Positions 46,889 through 56,713 of a stretch of DNA of 64,000 bases are shown one piece after another; position 1 is the stretch's first letter, and the number at the start of each line of letters is the position of its first letter. The DNA comes from a candidate division FCPU426 bacterium. GTDB taxonomy: Bacteria; Oederibacteriota; Muellerivitia; Muellerivitales; Muellerivitaceae. The position numbers and the translations under genes are program-made. Location of the stretch: assembly GCA_963771075.1 (NCBI GenBank), contig CAVYSE010000004.1, positions 1 to 64,000 on the forward strand. Direction: 5' to 3'. Under the pieces are notes generated by a model. The model had not been told where the DNA came from, ran no database searches, and saw only the letters and a program-made list of their open reading frames with translations.

Positions 46889-48301
46889 CTATTTGAGCGC
46901 CGCGTCCAGTTCCGTTTGGCTTGAGACCGTCCGTAGGTCGTTGATCTTTTTCCAATCGTCCGGCTTTATGCTTTCCTGTGCCGAAACGGGGTAAAACCTG
47001 GCGAATTTCGATCTCGCGTTTTCATCCTTGTCAATCTTGTCCGTCAAGGCTGTCAGCGTTTCCACGTTGTAGCCCTTGAACCCGTAAGCGTCATCAAAGT
47101 CGTATTCCAGCCCCCATTGCCCGCCCTGGACACCCTTCGCGGTGGTGAGATTTTTCAGGTAATAGGTTTCCTCATCCTTCATTTCGCCGGTTACTGGGTC
47201 ATATTTCATCACCTGGAACCCCGGATTGTTGAACCGGATGGGGCTGACCGCGGGGCAGATATGGGTGATCAGGAATGGCTTCCCATCCTTTTTCATCAGC
47301 TTGAAATCGTCCATGTGGGTGTGCCCCGCGAAGATAAAATCCACCGTATCGGCATAATCCCTCATCAATTGACAGAAGGCCTCTTCGTTTTCCGTTCCCC
47401 AGAAAAACTTCCCCGGTTTCTTGCCGTCGGCCTTGGCGAGTGCCTTGAGGGTCCCGAACACGTCCGTTTGGGGCGGAATGTGCATGATCAACTGGACCTT
47501 CAACTTATTCGACTTCGCCTCCTCCAACCGCCCCTTCAGCCAGGCCAGCTCTTCTCCCCCCGCCACGTCATTGGGCTCGGAATGGCAGGAATCGTTGGAG
47601 TATCGGTTGGACCAGTAGATGTCGTTGATGACGATGAACCGGGTATCCTCCAGGGTAGGATGCGGCAGTTCGTAGTATCCCGCCTGGGCCATGGTCTCCA
47701 TGGCTTCCGGATGGCCCTTCAGGACATTCCATTCTTCTGCAATATCCTTGAGGAAGGGGGTTCGGGTGGCCATCATATAGTCGCCGCACTCGGAGTCGTT
47801 GTTGCCCAAGGAAAAATAGACCGGCGTGCCACCCAGGTACTTCTGGACCTCGCGCGACACGAAAATCTCGGTCTTGGTCACAAAATCCTCGTAAGTCTTC
47901 TCGTCCTTCCCGCCCAGGGGCTCGAATAGGTCCCTCGACTCATGGACCAGGTAATCGCCGGTCACCACCGCGAAATCATAAGGGCCCCTCCTTTGGACAC
48001 TCATCAGGGTCGAAACGAGCAAGGGATAATTGGTGTCTTTTCCGGGAGCGGATAAAGCCGTTTGGGGGACGGACTCAAAAACGCCCTCCCATTGTTCCAC
48101 CGGTTGAGCGATGAGTTGTTTGACCAAGGCCGGGTCTGCGAAGGGATCAAGATGAATGTCGGAAAGGAGAAGAATCTTTCCTGACCTCGGGTTATCCTTG
48201 TCCTCCGGCCCCTCCGTCAGTTCCTTGGTCCAGCCCCTACCCATCCAACCGAGCCCCAACATCAAGGACAGGCCAATGTACAGAAATTTAGTTTTGCTCA
48301 T
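46889..48301 (-). CDS. Secreted acid-sphingomyelinase-like metallophosphoesterase
   Basis: SDIHLDP, TGDYLVH, LGNND, MHIPP, AGHTHMD, PAVSP, NNPGF. Confidence 0.88.
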   Translation of the reverse strand: MSKTKFLYIGLSLMLGLGWMGRGWTKELTEGPEDKDNPRSGKILLLSDIHLDPFADPALVKQLIAQPVEQWEGVFESVPQTALSAPGKDTNYPLLVSTLMSVQRRGPYDFAVVTGDYLVHESRDLFEPLGGKDEKTYEDFVTKTEIFVSREVQKYLGGTPVYFSLGNNDSECGDYMMATRTPFLKDIAEEWNVLKGHPEAMETMAQAGYYELPHPTLEDTRFIVINDIYWSNRYSNDSCHSEPNDVAGGEELAWLKGRLEEAKSNKLKVQLIMHIPPQTDVFGTLKALAKADGKKPGKFFWGTENEEAFCQLMRDYADTVDFIFAGHTHMDDFKLMKKDGKPFLITHICPAVSPIRFNNPGFQVMKYDPVTGEMKDEETYYLKNLTTAKGVQGGQWGLEYDFDDAYGFKGYNVETLTALTDKIDKDENARSKFARFYPVSAQESIKPDDWKKINDLRTVSSQTELDAALK

Positions 48302-48680
48302 GATCCGTTCCTTATTCACATGATTTTCCGGACTGCCTATCCCCTCAAGCCGCGCCCATAGACTTCAGTCACACAGGGGAGGAGGAGACTATCATTTCCC
48401 CGGGGCTGGGGATGACATTCCAGCAGCTGTTTCACTTTCACGGTAGCTTCCATTTTTCGGGATCGCTCAGGGCGGATAAGAATGCCAGAAACCGGCGAGT
48501 CATGTTTTTCTCTTGTGTTAAAACCCCGGAGCCCCCTCAGTGGTCCCATATTACGGTCAGTCATGATCAATCATGTTAAGGCTCAGTAAAATTACCACCG
48601 GAACCGCTGCTGGGAACCTATTGATAACACGAGGGGAACAATCTGGGAGCTCACCTTATTTGACGAAGCGCCATGACTGC

Positions 48681-49550
48681 TCAGGGAGGCGGGGGGATCT
48701 CATCCGGGGTGGGATTGGGAGTGGCGGTGGGGGTCCATGTGGGCAAGGGTTTTAAAACCGGTTTGGCCCCGTAATTCTTGTTCACGGATACGGAAAAACT
48801 TTTACTGGTAAAGGGTACGCCTCCCTTGTTCATCTCGTTCCCCGCTTCCACCGCGTAAAGCCACCAGGAAGGCTGGATATAACCTCTCTTTTGGGAATCA
48901 TCCAGGAATTGCTTGATGTCGAGGTTTTCGATGGAATCCGTTCTATCCTTTGCCAGATAGGCAACGTATTTCCTCGTGCCATTCCCCTCGGGCACGTCCC
49001 ATTTCCATACCTCCCAACCCATCCCGTCGATGGTGGCCGGGCCCTGGTCATATTGCCAGCCGTGGGTATCGCGGTAGTCGAGCCAGATCATCACCTCGGC
49101 GCCCTTGGGAAACCCATCGGAACCGCAACTGTGGTCCTGGCAAAGCCAAATGTCATAGGCCGCGTCCCAGGCGCCGGTATTTGTGGGTTCGAATGACCAA
49201 CTGGTCATCACGCATTTCAAGGAGTTCAGGGGCGCGGGAAGCTCGGTGGTGGGGCTGCTTTGTCCCCAGGCGCTTCCAAAAACAACCGATGGATAGGATG
49301 CGATCGAGTAGCCGCAATCATGGTCGCCCTGGGTGACGGTGAAGGAGCCCGTCTGGTCGTCAATGTCCATGCATTGGGTTCCCGGGCATTTCTCCTGGTT
49401 CCAGTAATCGGTTTGAACGATATATTTTCCCACAGTTACTGCCTGGTAACGCTCACAGGTGGAGACGGTTTCCGCCATACCTCTGGGGGTCACCAGTCCA
49501 CAAGCCAACCAAAGAATTCCCCAAAACCGCGCTTTATATATAGAAGGCAT
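48681..49550 (-). CDS. GH12 endoglucanase/xyloglucanase
   Basis: SYPS, WDAAYDIW, AEVMIWL (nucleophile), VEAGNE (acid/base); Pro/Thr tail. Confidence 0.9.
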   Translation of the reverse strand: MPSIYKARFWGILWLACGLVTPRGMAETVSTCERYQAVTVGKYIVQTDYWNQEKCPGTQCMDIDDQTGSFTVTQGDHDCGYSIASYPSVVFGSAWGQSSPTTELPAPLNSLKCVMTSWSFEPTNTGAWDAAYDIWLCQDHSCGSDGFPKGAEVMIWLDYRDTHGWQYDQGPATIDGMGWEVWKWDVPEGNGTRKYVAYLAKDRTDSIENLDIKQFLDDSQKRGYIQPSWWLYAVEAGNEMNKGGVPFTSKSFSVSVNKNYGAKPVLKPLPTWTPTATPNPTPDEIPPPP

Positions 49551-49836
49551 ACCTAAAAGATGGTGAAAGCTTGGATGTTCCCGAGTGAAATATTTCACGC
49601 TGATCCTTTTACCCAAATTAAACGTTCAAACCTTCCCAGATTAGACGTCCTTCGACCAAAAGTGTCGTACTGAAGCTGTTATAACCTCATCTTGCCTAAT
49701 ATAAGCCTGTATGGGGCAATCTAACCAATCTCGTTTTCAGGGATTTTTCTTTTCTTAAAAAAATTCGTGAAACCATTCCTGCGTCTTGAGGAATCCATTG
49801 ACAGGCATTAAAACGCCCGCCCAAAATGCACAACAT

Positions 49837-50280
49837 ATGACATACACCGAACGCTCGATCGATGTCGCCGGTTTAAACATGACCGTGGATCCGCAGGCGG
49901 AATACCTCCGTGTCGCTTTCGGGGGGATCTTTTCCGTTTCCCAGGCCGGCCCGGTTTCCGCCCACGTCCTCGAACTCACCCAAGAATATCAGGCAAAAAG
50001 GGTCTTGATCGATTTTCGGGAAATCACGGGCGACCCCACCACCATGGAACGCTTCACCCTCTCCAGCGTTTTCGCCGCGAAATATATCCTCTACCGGAGC
50101 ACGAACAAGATACCCGCGACACTCTTCGCCGTCCTGGGAAACCATCCCTTCGTCGACAAGCAAAAATTCGAGGAGCACGTGGCCGTCAACCGGGGCGTAC
50201 CCATCCGGATTTTCGTCGATTTTCACCAGGCGTTGAAATGGCTCGGGGTTGACCCAACCCGTGAAAATCCCGTTCCCTAA
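49837..50280 (+). CDS. Hypothetical protein, STAS/SpoIIAA-like
   Basis: RVLIDFRE, FEEHVAVNRG, IFVDFHQALKWL. Confidence 0.65.
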   Translation: MTYTERSIDVAGLNMTVDPQAEYLRVAFGGIFSVSQAGPVSAHVLELTQEYQAKRVLIDFREITGDPTTMERFTLSSVFAAKYILYRSTNKIPATLFAVLGNHPFVDKQKFEEHVAVNRGVPIRIFVDFHQALKWLGVDPTRENPVP

Positions 50281-50322
50281 AAGGGTCCGCCCGCCGGAAA
50301 CCCTCGTGGCCTAAAGGACATT

Positions 50323-51129
50323 TTAATTCTGACGAGTCGTCTCTTCATTGATGACCGGTTCATCCACCGTTTGGCCCCAATCGCTCTGCTGGTCGACCCT
50401 GAACAGAATCCACTGCCGGACGCCTATCCGCTGGAAGGTCCAATATTCCCTGAAAGTTTGAAACCTGAGTCCATCACGCGACGTTAAGGGTTTTGTGCTA
50501 TCGTCGTTATTGAAATATCGGCCCTTGTCGTCAGTGAAATAATCAACCGCGCCCGCGTCAATGCAGGCGGCGAATTTATCCCTGTCCCTGTTCAAATAGT
50601 TCTCGATCTCAACAATCGAAATATTTTGAACCTTCAAGTTCTCCATGTAATCCTTTTGCCCCATTTTCTGGTAGAACTTGATGTCGCTCTCCCACTTGGC
50701 ATAAATTTCAGGAGCCAGGAGCGCCTTCAACTTGGGCAGGTCCTGGACGCACCAGGCTTCTTGGATCTTCATGAAGGATTTCTCGGCCATAGCCTTCAGG
50801 TGCTTTTCATCCCACTCGGAGTCCAAGGGGGCAAGCTCCTTCAAGACCTCTTCGACTTTTTCCGATTTTTTCTGGGTTTTCCAGTTCCCATACCAATACA
50901 GCAGGCCGGAAAAGGCGATCAAACCGGTGATTTCTAGAAAGATTAAAGGGTAGTCCTTCGCGGGTATGGGTGGTTGGCCTCCACCCGCCAAGCCATGACC
51001 GCCTCCACCACCGCCCCCTCCTCCACCGCCTCCACCGCCGCCACCCCGCGCGAAAGCGTCCAAAAGGGACATAACCCACAGGAACAGGACGGTCCAAAAG
51101 TATTTCAAATTCAGGTTAGACATAAACAA
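50323..51129 (-). CDS. Tim44-like domain protein
   Basis: ARGGGG after the signal peptide, TM segment, FMKIQEAW, FREYWTF. Confidence 0.85.
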   Translation of the reverse strand: MFMSNLNLKYFWTVLFLWVMSLLDAFARGGGGGGGGGGGGGGGGHGLAGGGQPPIPAKDYPLIFLEITGLIAFSGLLYWYGNWKTQKKSEKVEEVLKELAPLDSEWDEKHLKAMAEKSFMKIQEAWCVQDLPKLKALLAPEIYAKWESDIKFYQKMGQKDYMENLKVQNISIVEIENYLNRDRDKFAACIDAGAVDYFTDDKGRYFNNDDSTKPLTSRDGLRFQTFREYWTFQRIGVRQWILFRVDQQSDWGQTVDEPVINEETTRQN

Positions 51130-51161
51130 ACCTCAACAAAAGCGTCCCATCGGTGGAAAGA

Positions 51162-52040
51162 TCACTTTGTTTCAGACCAGCGGACCAATTGCAGGCCGTA
51201 ATCTTTAGTAATATCCAATTGGTAAACCTTGCCGGTGTCCTCGTTGACCCGGAACAAACCATAATCGGCATCCCAAAAATAGACCGGGTTGAGGTTCTTG
51301 TCGAATTTATAAAGCCGATACCGCATTTCATGACACCGCGGATCATTGGGCGGCATGCCCGGAAAAGCCGGCTTCCCATAATAAAGAAACAAGTTCCCGT
51401 TTTTGTCCATGGTTTCGATGTCCACCCAATGGTAGCCCTCATAATCAACCTGGGTCGAATGGGCCTGATCGGGGGTGGTGAACACCGTTGAAGCTTCGGT
51501 GCCGTTTTTGACGTAATGCTTTTGGATGGAATCCAATGCGCCCGGGGAGAGGGGCCGGGAAAAATTATGATAAGTTTTCCCAGTCTGTATGTTGAAAAGA
51601 ACCCCATCCCTTAAACGCGGCGTTTCCAGATAATCGTCAAAATTCAAGTCATGGGCATGGGCTCCATCGGTATCACAGGTGAAACCCCTGTATCCGACAT
51701 AAAAAAGGATCTTCCCCTGGCGGGCGAAGAAGTTCCATCTTTTGTTGTACTTTCGGTTCCAGGTAACTTCCCTGATCTTTCCCCCTTTCGAATTGAAAAC
51801 CTTCAGGATCGATGTCCTGTCCAAGAAATAGACATTCTCATTTTCATCCACATCGAACCTTAAATATCCCTCGTCTAAATCCATGAAGTTGACAGGCCCT
51901 CGGCGCATGCGGACGCTCAGGTCCTTGGAATTGAACCGGCAAACCACTTCCTTTTGGTATTGTTCCTGCCCAAAGGATTGGACGGGAACCAGCGCGTAAA
52001 AAGCGATGACCGCGGGGAGAAGGAATAAACTCCGGTTCAT
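51162..52040 (-). CDS. Secreted hypothetical protein (beta-propeller-like)
   Basis: Signal peptide; FDVDENENVYFLD, MDKNGNLF repeats. Confidence 0.65.
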   Translation of the reverse strand: MNRSLFLLPAVIAFYALVPVQSFGQEQYQKEVVCRFNSKDLSVRMRRGPVNFMDLDEGYLRFDVDENENVYFLDRTSILKVFNSKGGKIREVTWNRKYNKRWNFFARQGKILFYVGYRGFTCDTDGAHAHDLNFDDYLETPRLRDGVLFNIQTGKTYHNFSRPLSPGALDSIQKHYVKNGTEASTVFTTPDQAHSTQVDYEGYHWVDIETMDKNGNLFLYYGKPAFPGMPPNDPRCHEMRYRLYKFDKNLNPVYFWDADYGLFRVNEDTGKVYQLDITKDYGLQLVRWSETK

Positions 52041-52087
52041 TTTGTTCAATTGGATCTCCCTGTCATGACGGACCGATACCCTGCGGC

Positions 52088-52597
52088 TCATCCCAACGCC
52101 TTCTCATAAAGGCGGACTCGCCATTCCTTCCAAGGTTGGGTCCCTGCCTTTTGGAAGCCGTGGGATTCATAAAAGGAACATAATTTCGGGTTGTCATCCA
52201 TGCAGTCAAGCCGCACGAACTTCTTCCCGCCGAACCGCGCCTTTTTCTCGATATCAGCAAGGATCCCCGCTCCAAGTCCTCGGCCGATATAATCCGGGTC
52301 TACTCCCATCGTATGGACCCAATAGGCCAGTTCGTCCTTCCTCAAGTGATGCCAAAAGGCGTCATCGTCCTGGACAACATACATCCCAATCAAGGCCCCG
52401 CCATGAAGAACCTTGTAAACCTTGCCTTCCCTGAACCTTTTCTCAAGGATGGGGCGGCCCTTTTCCCCCAGGAAATCCCTCCATTGGGTGAGGCCCTTCC
52501 CTTTCAACCAAAGGGCAATGCGCCTCAACAGCGCGAGCAAATCATTCATGTCCGAGGTTTGTGCCGGTAAATAGTCCAAGCCTTCCATATTATTCAT
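52088..52597 (-). CDS. GNAT acetyltransferase
   Basis: VDPDYIGRGLG, RLDC...N..L..FYESHGF. Confidence 0.9.
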   Translation of the reverse strand: MNNMEGLDYLPAQTSDMNDLLALLRRIALWLKGKGLTQWRDFLGEKGRPILEKRFREGKVYKVLHGGALIGMYVVQDDDAFWHHLRKDELAYWVHTMGVDPDYIGRGLGAGILADIEKKARFGGKKFVRLDCMDDNPKLCSFYESHGFQKAGTQPWKEWRVRLYEKALG

Positions 52598-52692
52598 ACC
52601 GTTCCAATATTAAACCTGTCTGGAAGGTCCCCATCATTAACGGGGCCAGTGGTATTAAATACTAAACTTCTATAAAGACAGATTCACTCGAT

Positions 52693-52992
52693 CTACTTTT
52701 TCTCTGCCCTCGGCGTTTTACGCCGGTCCTTGGTGAACAAGACCCACTTGTCGCCCGCCTTGCGGAACAAGTCCTTGCTCTTCTCGTCCCAATAAAGCCC
52801 CTTGCCCAGGGGTTTCAGGTTCGTGGGCTGTTCCTCTTCCTTCTTGCGGCGATCCTTCCCCACGAAACGGTTCATGCGTCGGCGGTCATGCAGGACCACC
52901 GTGTACTTGTCTCCCAGTTTTTTCAAGATGATCTTTTTCACCGGGTCAAAATAGTAATTTCCTGTCAGTTGGGTGTAGTTTGCCTCAGACAT
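52693..52992 (-). CDS. Small basic protein with internal duplication and DRR motifs
   Basis: GAGGAGG RBS; two homologous 33-aa units. Confidence 0.75.
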   Translation of the reverse strand: MSEANYTQLTGNYYFDPVKKIILKKLGDKYTVVLHDRRRMNRFVGKDRRKKEEEQPTNLKPLGKGLYWDEKSKDLFRKAGDKWVLFTKDRRKTPRAEKK

Positions 52993-53053
52993 GTTTTCCT
53001 CCTCTTCTCAACTTATCGTTTATTGTTCCTTACTTATCCACTTCCTCAATCGG

Positions 53054-53668
53054 TCAAACCAGCGTGAGAACCATTCGATTAACTTTTTCCTTCCCCTTCT
53101 TCCAAACCCAGGCAGGCTCGCTTTTCTCCGGCCCCGTCGCGAAGGCGTGCAGGAAGGGCGTCCATTGCCGGTTATCCTGCAGGGCTAGGGTCAAACCCGG
53201 AGCCTTTATTTTCAACCGTTTCCCATCCAGTGCCAGGCACGGCCCCAGGCTTAAACCCGCCGACTTCCCTTCCCAGATTTTATTCTGGGGCCGGGGCTCC
53301 ACGGGGATCACGCCCTTTTCCTTCCCCGAGTTATAAACGCATCCCGCCCATTCCCCGTAGGGCAGGTTCAAGACCTGACGGACATGGATGACCTTCACAT
53401 CTTCCAGGGGGATCAATACCGCCCGCACTTCCATCCCCTTCCCTACTACTTTCAGCGTCACCCTCAACCCGATAGAACCACGTTTGAGTTTCACCCGGCC
53501 TTGGAATTTCCGAGCCTGCGTGGCCTTCGCAGTGTTCTTGGCCCAGCCTTCGGTGAAGATCTCGGGGGTGATCACCCCGACTGTCACCCGGCCGTATGAA
53601 AGAACGACATTTCCCCCTCCCCCCACCCGGGCTTTCAGGCCGGGAGCTTTGAGGATTTTGGGTTTCAA
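53054..53668 (-). CDS. Basic hypothetical protein
   Basis: 204-aa ORF overlapping the upstream stop. Confidence 0.55.
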   Translation of the reverse strand: MKPKILKAPGLKARVGGGGNVVLSYGRVTVGVITPEIFTEGWAKNTAKATQARKFQGRVKLKRGSIGLRVTLKVVGKGMEVRAVLIPLEDVKVIHVRQVLNLPYGEWAGCVYNSGKEKGVIPVEPRPQNKIWEGKSAGLSLGPCLALDGKRLKIKAPGLTLALQDNRQWTPFLHAFATGPEKSEPAWVWKKGKEKVNRMVLTLV

Positions 53669-54006
53669 TGGGTTTTCCTTATTTTGCGCTTGGAAGATGG
53701 GGTTTGTTGCAATCGGCTAGCCCTCCGGTTCCAGGCCCAACTGAAGGTGCTTATCACGAAGAGAAATGCGATGGGGTATAAAAGACAGATGTCCCCCCAA
53801 AAGTTGGGCCACCAAATCCTTCGGCAGAAGATGATGACCAGGCAGGCGAAGATTACGGCCCACAGGCTCGCGCCATACACCGCCAATTTGAGGGAAAGCC
53901 GGTAAGTGAAGCGCTCCTTGGGCTTGGGGCGCCAGTTTAAAAAGGGCCACCATCCCCAGTCCGCGTCGGAAAGCCAATTGATGAAATCCGCCACTCGATC
54001 GATCAT
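53665..54006 (-). CDS. Small Trp-rich membrane protein
   Basis: DWGWWPFL.. motif, two TM segments. Confidence 0.65.
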   Translation of the reverse strand: MIDRVADFINWLSDADWGWWPFLNWRPKPKERFTYRLSLKLAVYGASLWAVIFACLVIIFCRRIWWPNFWGDICLLYPIAFLFVISTFSWAWNRRASRLQQTPSSKRKIRKTH

Positions 54007-54279
54007 CGGTCTTCCTTTGCCCGGGAACCTTTAAGGATGAAACCACCCGCGACAGATCAAATATAGCACGAGTGGGGAGTCGGAGGTTATCGTGTCCCCG
54101 TGTAAAATAAGTTTGTAACATCTGAAAAAGTCGGCTTACGCCGCCTTATTCAGCAAGCCTTATAAGTAACCCCACGATTTCCTGCGGAAATCTTTGGGGT
54201 CGAGACCTCTGATTGTCGCTTTATTGGAGTTTTTCAGAGGTCTCAGTTTGTAACACAAGCCTAATCTGGAGAAATTCTC

Positions 54280-55035
54280 ATGTTCATGTACCGGACTCGC
54301 TTTAAGAAAGAAATCCTTGCCGAGTTTCTGCCTCCTTACCGCCCCAATCGGGCCGGGCGGGTGATCCTTCTATTCGACGGGGTGCCGGGGATGCCCTCCA
54401 AGCAAAGCCAGGCCGAGTTCCTTTCGCGCAAGGGTTTCTGGGTCATTCATCCCCGCTACCGGGGAACCTGGGAAAGCGGGGGGAAATTCTTGAGGGATTC
54501 CCCCGAAAGGGACCTACGGGACATCCTCGATGAGCTTCCCAAGGGCCTGCGGGAGGTAACCTACGGGAAGCGGTTTCCCCTCCAAGCGAAGGAGATCTTC
54601 GTGATGGGCGCCAGTTTCGGCGGGGCCTTGGCCATCCTCTCAACGCTCGAAGCCCGGGTCAAAAGGGCCGTGGCCTTCTGCCCCGTGGTGGATTGGCGGG
54701 TCTCGAACCGGGCCGAGCGGAAGGAAACTTCCAACCCCATTTACCCCGCCTATATAAAAGAAGCTTTCGGAGAGGGCTACCGGTTAAAAGCGAAGGATTG
54801 GGCCAAACTGCGAACCGGGCGCTTCTACAACCCCGCCCACCGTATCCGGGAGATCGATCCCTCCAAGGTCCTGCTTTTCCACGCCCAGGATGACCCCGTG
54901 ATTCCCTGGAAATCGGTCGCGTCTTTCGCCGATCAAACCGGTTCCAAACTGTTCCTTTTCAAGCGTGGAGGCCATTTGCCCATGGGCCGCACGGCCCAAA
55001 AGCACTGGGGGAAGATCCGATTATTCTTAAAGTGA
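54280..55035 (+). CDS. Alpha/beta hydrolase (S9-like)
   Basis: YRGTWES, GASFGG, HAQDDPVI, GGH. Confidence 0.88.
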   Translation: MFMYRTRFKKEILAEFLPPYRPNRAGRVILLFDGVPGMPSKQSQAEFLSRKGFWVIHPRYRGTWESGGKFLRDSPERDLRDILDELPKGLREVTYGKRFPLQAKEIFVMGASFGGALAILSTLEARVKRAVAFCPVVDWRVSNRAERKETSNPIYPAYIKEAFGEGYRLKAKDWAKLRTGRFYNPAHRIREIDPSKVLLFHAQDDPVIPWKSVASFADQTGSKLFLFKRGGHLPMGRTAQKHWGKIRLFLK

Positions 55036-55149
55036 AAAGCTGAGTCCTGTTCCCATCCCCCCTTTGCCTTTGGATTGGTTGCCCTACCGGTCAACTTCTG
55101 TGTCACAACCATTCTATTGACCTTTGATTTGGCGGTATCATGGGATCCT

Positions 55150-56631
55150 ATGAAATTTCGATTATCCAAGGCCCTTTGGCTCGGCCTTTTCCTGGCCGGG
55201 TTTCCCCTCAGGCCAATCCCGGCGGCGGCCCAGGCCCTTTGCGGGTCTGTCGCCAATGAAACCTTGAGTTGGTCCACCCTGGCTCCCATGTCCAGCAACA
55301 ACACCTACATGGGCTCCGCCGTCATCGACAATGTCATTTATGCGGTGGGCGGTACGGGTGCCAGCCAGTTACTTTCTTATAACCCTTCCACGAATAGCTG
55401 GTCCACTTTACTCACCTTGCCGGAAATTGCTTATGGCCCCGCGGCCGGAGCCATTAATGGAATTCTTTATTTCACCGGGGTACCCCCCGGTTCCGTCATA
55501 CCGACCCCCGATGGTCTTTATGCTTACAACCCAGCGACGAATTCCTTGACCAGCCTGGCGAATTTGTCCGTTCCCACCGAGTACGCAGCCGCGGCGGTCA
55601 TCAACAACATTTTCTATGTGGCCGGCGGTGATGGCGGCGGGTACAACAACTTGCAGGCTTATAACCCCGCCACCAATAGTTGGTCCACCCTGGCTCCCAT
55701 GCCCACGGGCATCATGAACGGGGGCGCGGCCGCCATTGATGGCCTCATGTATGTCGTGGGCGGCGCGACAACCGGCGGATCCGTTTCCAGCCTGCTTCAG
55801 GTTTACAATCCCGCCACCAATAGTTGGTCCATCCTTGCCTCGATGCCCGTGAACCTGGAAAGCTTTTCGGTCGTGACCATCAACGGAATTCTTTACGTCC
55901 TGGGCGGAGAAGAAGCTCCTAGCACACCGGTGAATACAGTGGAAGCTTATGACCCATCCTCCAATACTTGGACGACACTGACCGCTTCCATGCCCACCGC
56001 CAGATATGGTTTAACCGGGGATGTGGTCGGCAACGTTATTTATGAGATCGGCGGCTGGGGGAATACATTTCCATTTTCTCTCAGCGTGAATGAAGCCGCC
56101 GAATTCGTTTGCCCTCCCACCGCCACACCCACCTTCACCCCCACTTTGACCCCGACTTCGACTTTCACTCCCTCGCCGACGGCAACGCCTACCTTTACCC
56201 AGACGATGACTCAAACTCCAACGGCCACCCTCACCCCCACCGTGACCCTCACGCCGACTATCACCAACACCCCCACGCTCACTTCGACACCGACCAACAC
56301 CACCACCCCGACCGCCACCTTCACCCCCACCGCGACCTATATCCCCGACTTCCTGGCCATTCCCCAGAACCTCTTCAAGCCCGCCCAGGGGCCGCTCGTG
56401 ATGCAGTTATCCGTCCCCTATTCCGCGGGCACCGTGAGCTTGAACGTCTACAACACCGCCGGGGAATTCATCAAATCACTTGTGAAACTGAACCTCACCC
56501 AGCCCACCCAGATGGCCGTCACCTGGGACGGCACCAACCAGGAGGGGGACGCCTGCGCCAGCGGGGTCTATCTCTTTTATTTGAACGAGCCACTTGAGCG
56601 CAAATCCGCCCGGGTCCTGCTGATCCATTAG
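55150..56631 (+). CDS. Secreted Kelch beta-propeller + Thr/Pro linker + FlgD-Ig-like domain
   Basis: Six YxxGG...YNP.TNSW repeats; TPT linker; VYNTAGE...WDGTN..G...ASGVYLF. Confidence 0.9.
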   Translation: MKFRLSKALWLGLFLAGFPLRPIPAAAQALCGSVANETLSWSTLAPMSSNNTYMGSAVIDNVIYAVGGTGASQLLSYNPSTNSWSTLLTLPEIAYGPAAGAINGILYFTGVPPGSVIPTPDGLYAYNPATNSLTSLANLSVPTEYAAAAVINNIFYVAGGDGGGYNNLQAYNPATNSWSTLAPMPTGIMNGGAAAIDGLMYVVGGATTGGSVSSLLQVYNPATNSWSILASMPVNLESFSVVTINGILYVLGGEEAPSTPVNTVEAYDPSSNTWTTLTASMPTARYGLTGDVVGNVIYEIGGWGNTFPFSLSVNEAAEFVCPPTATPTFTPTLTPTSTFTPSPTATPTFTQTMTQTPTATLTPTVTLTPTITNTPTLTSTPTNTTTPTATFTPTATYIPDFLAIPQNLFKPAQGPLVMQLSVPYSAGTVSLNVYNTAGEFIKSLVKLNLTQPTQMAVTWDGTNQEGDACASGVYLFYLNEPLERKSARVLLIH

Positions 56632-56713
56632 CGAGGGTCCGCCCGGTCGGGCCAAGGTGGTTTTAATCCGGTAGGGTTCCTTTTAGCCCAATACGGGCGG
56701 TAAGATATCGCCA

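Noticed and set aside
48337..48640. Possible riboswitch (ZTP- or TPP-like words) upstream of the phosphoesterase
   Set aside because: Only fragments match and the required pairing elements were not found.
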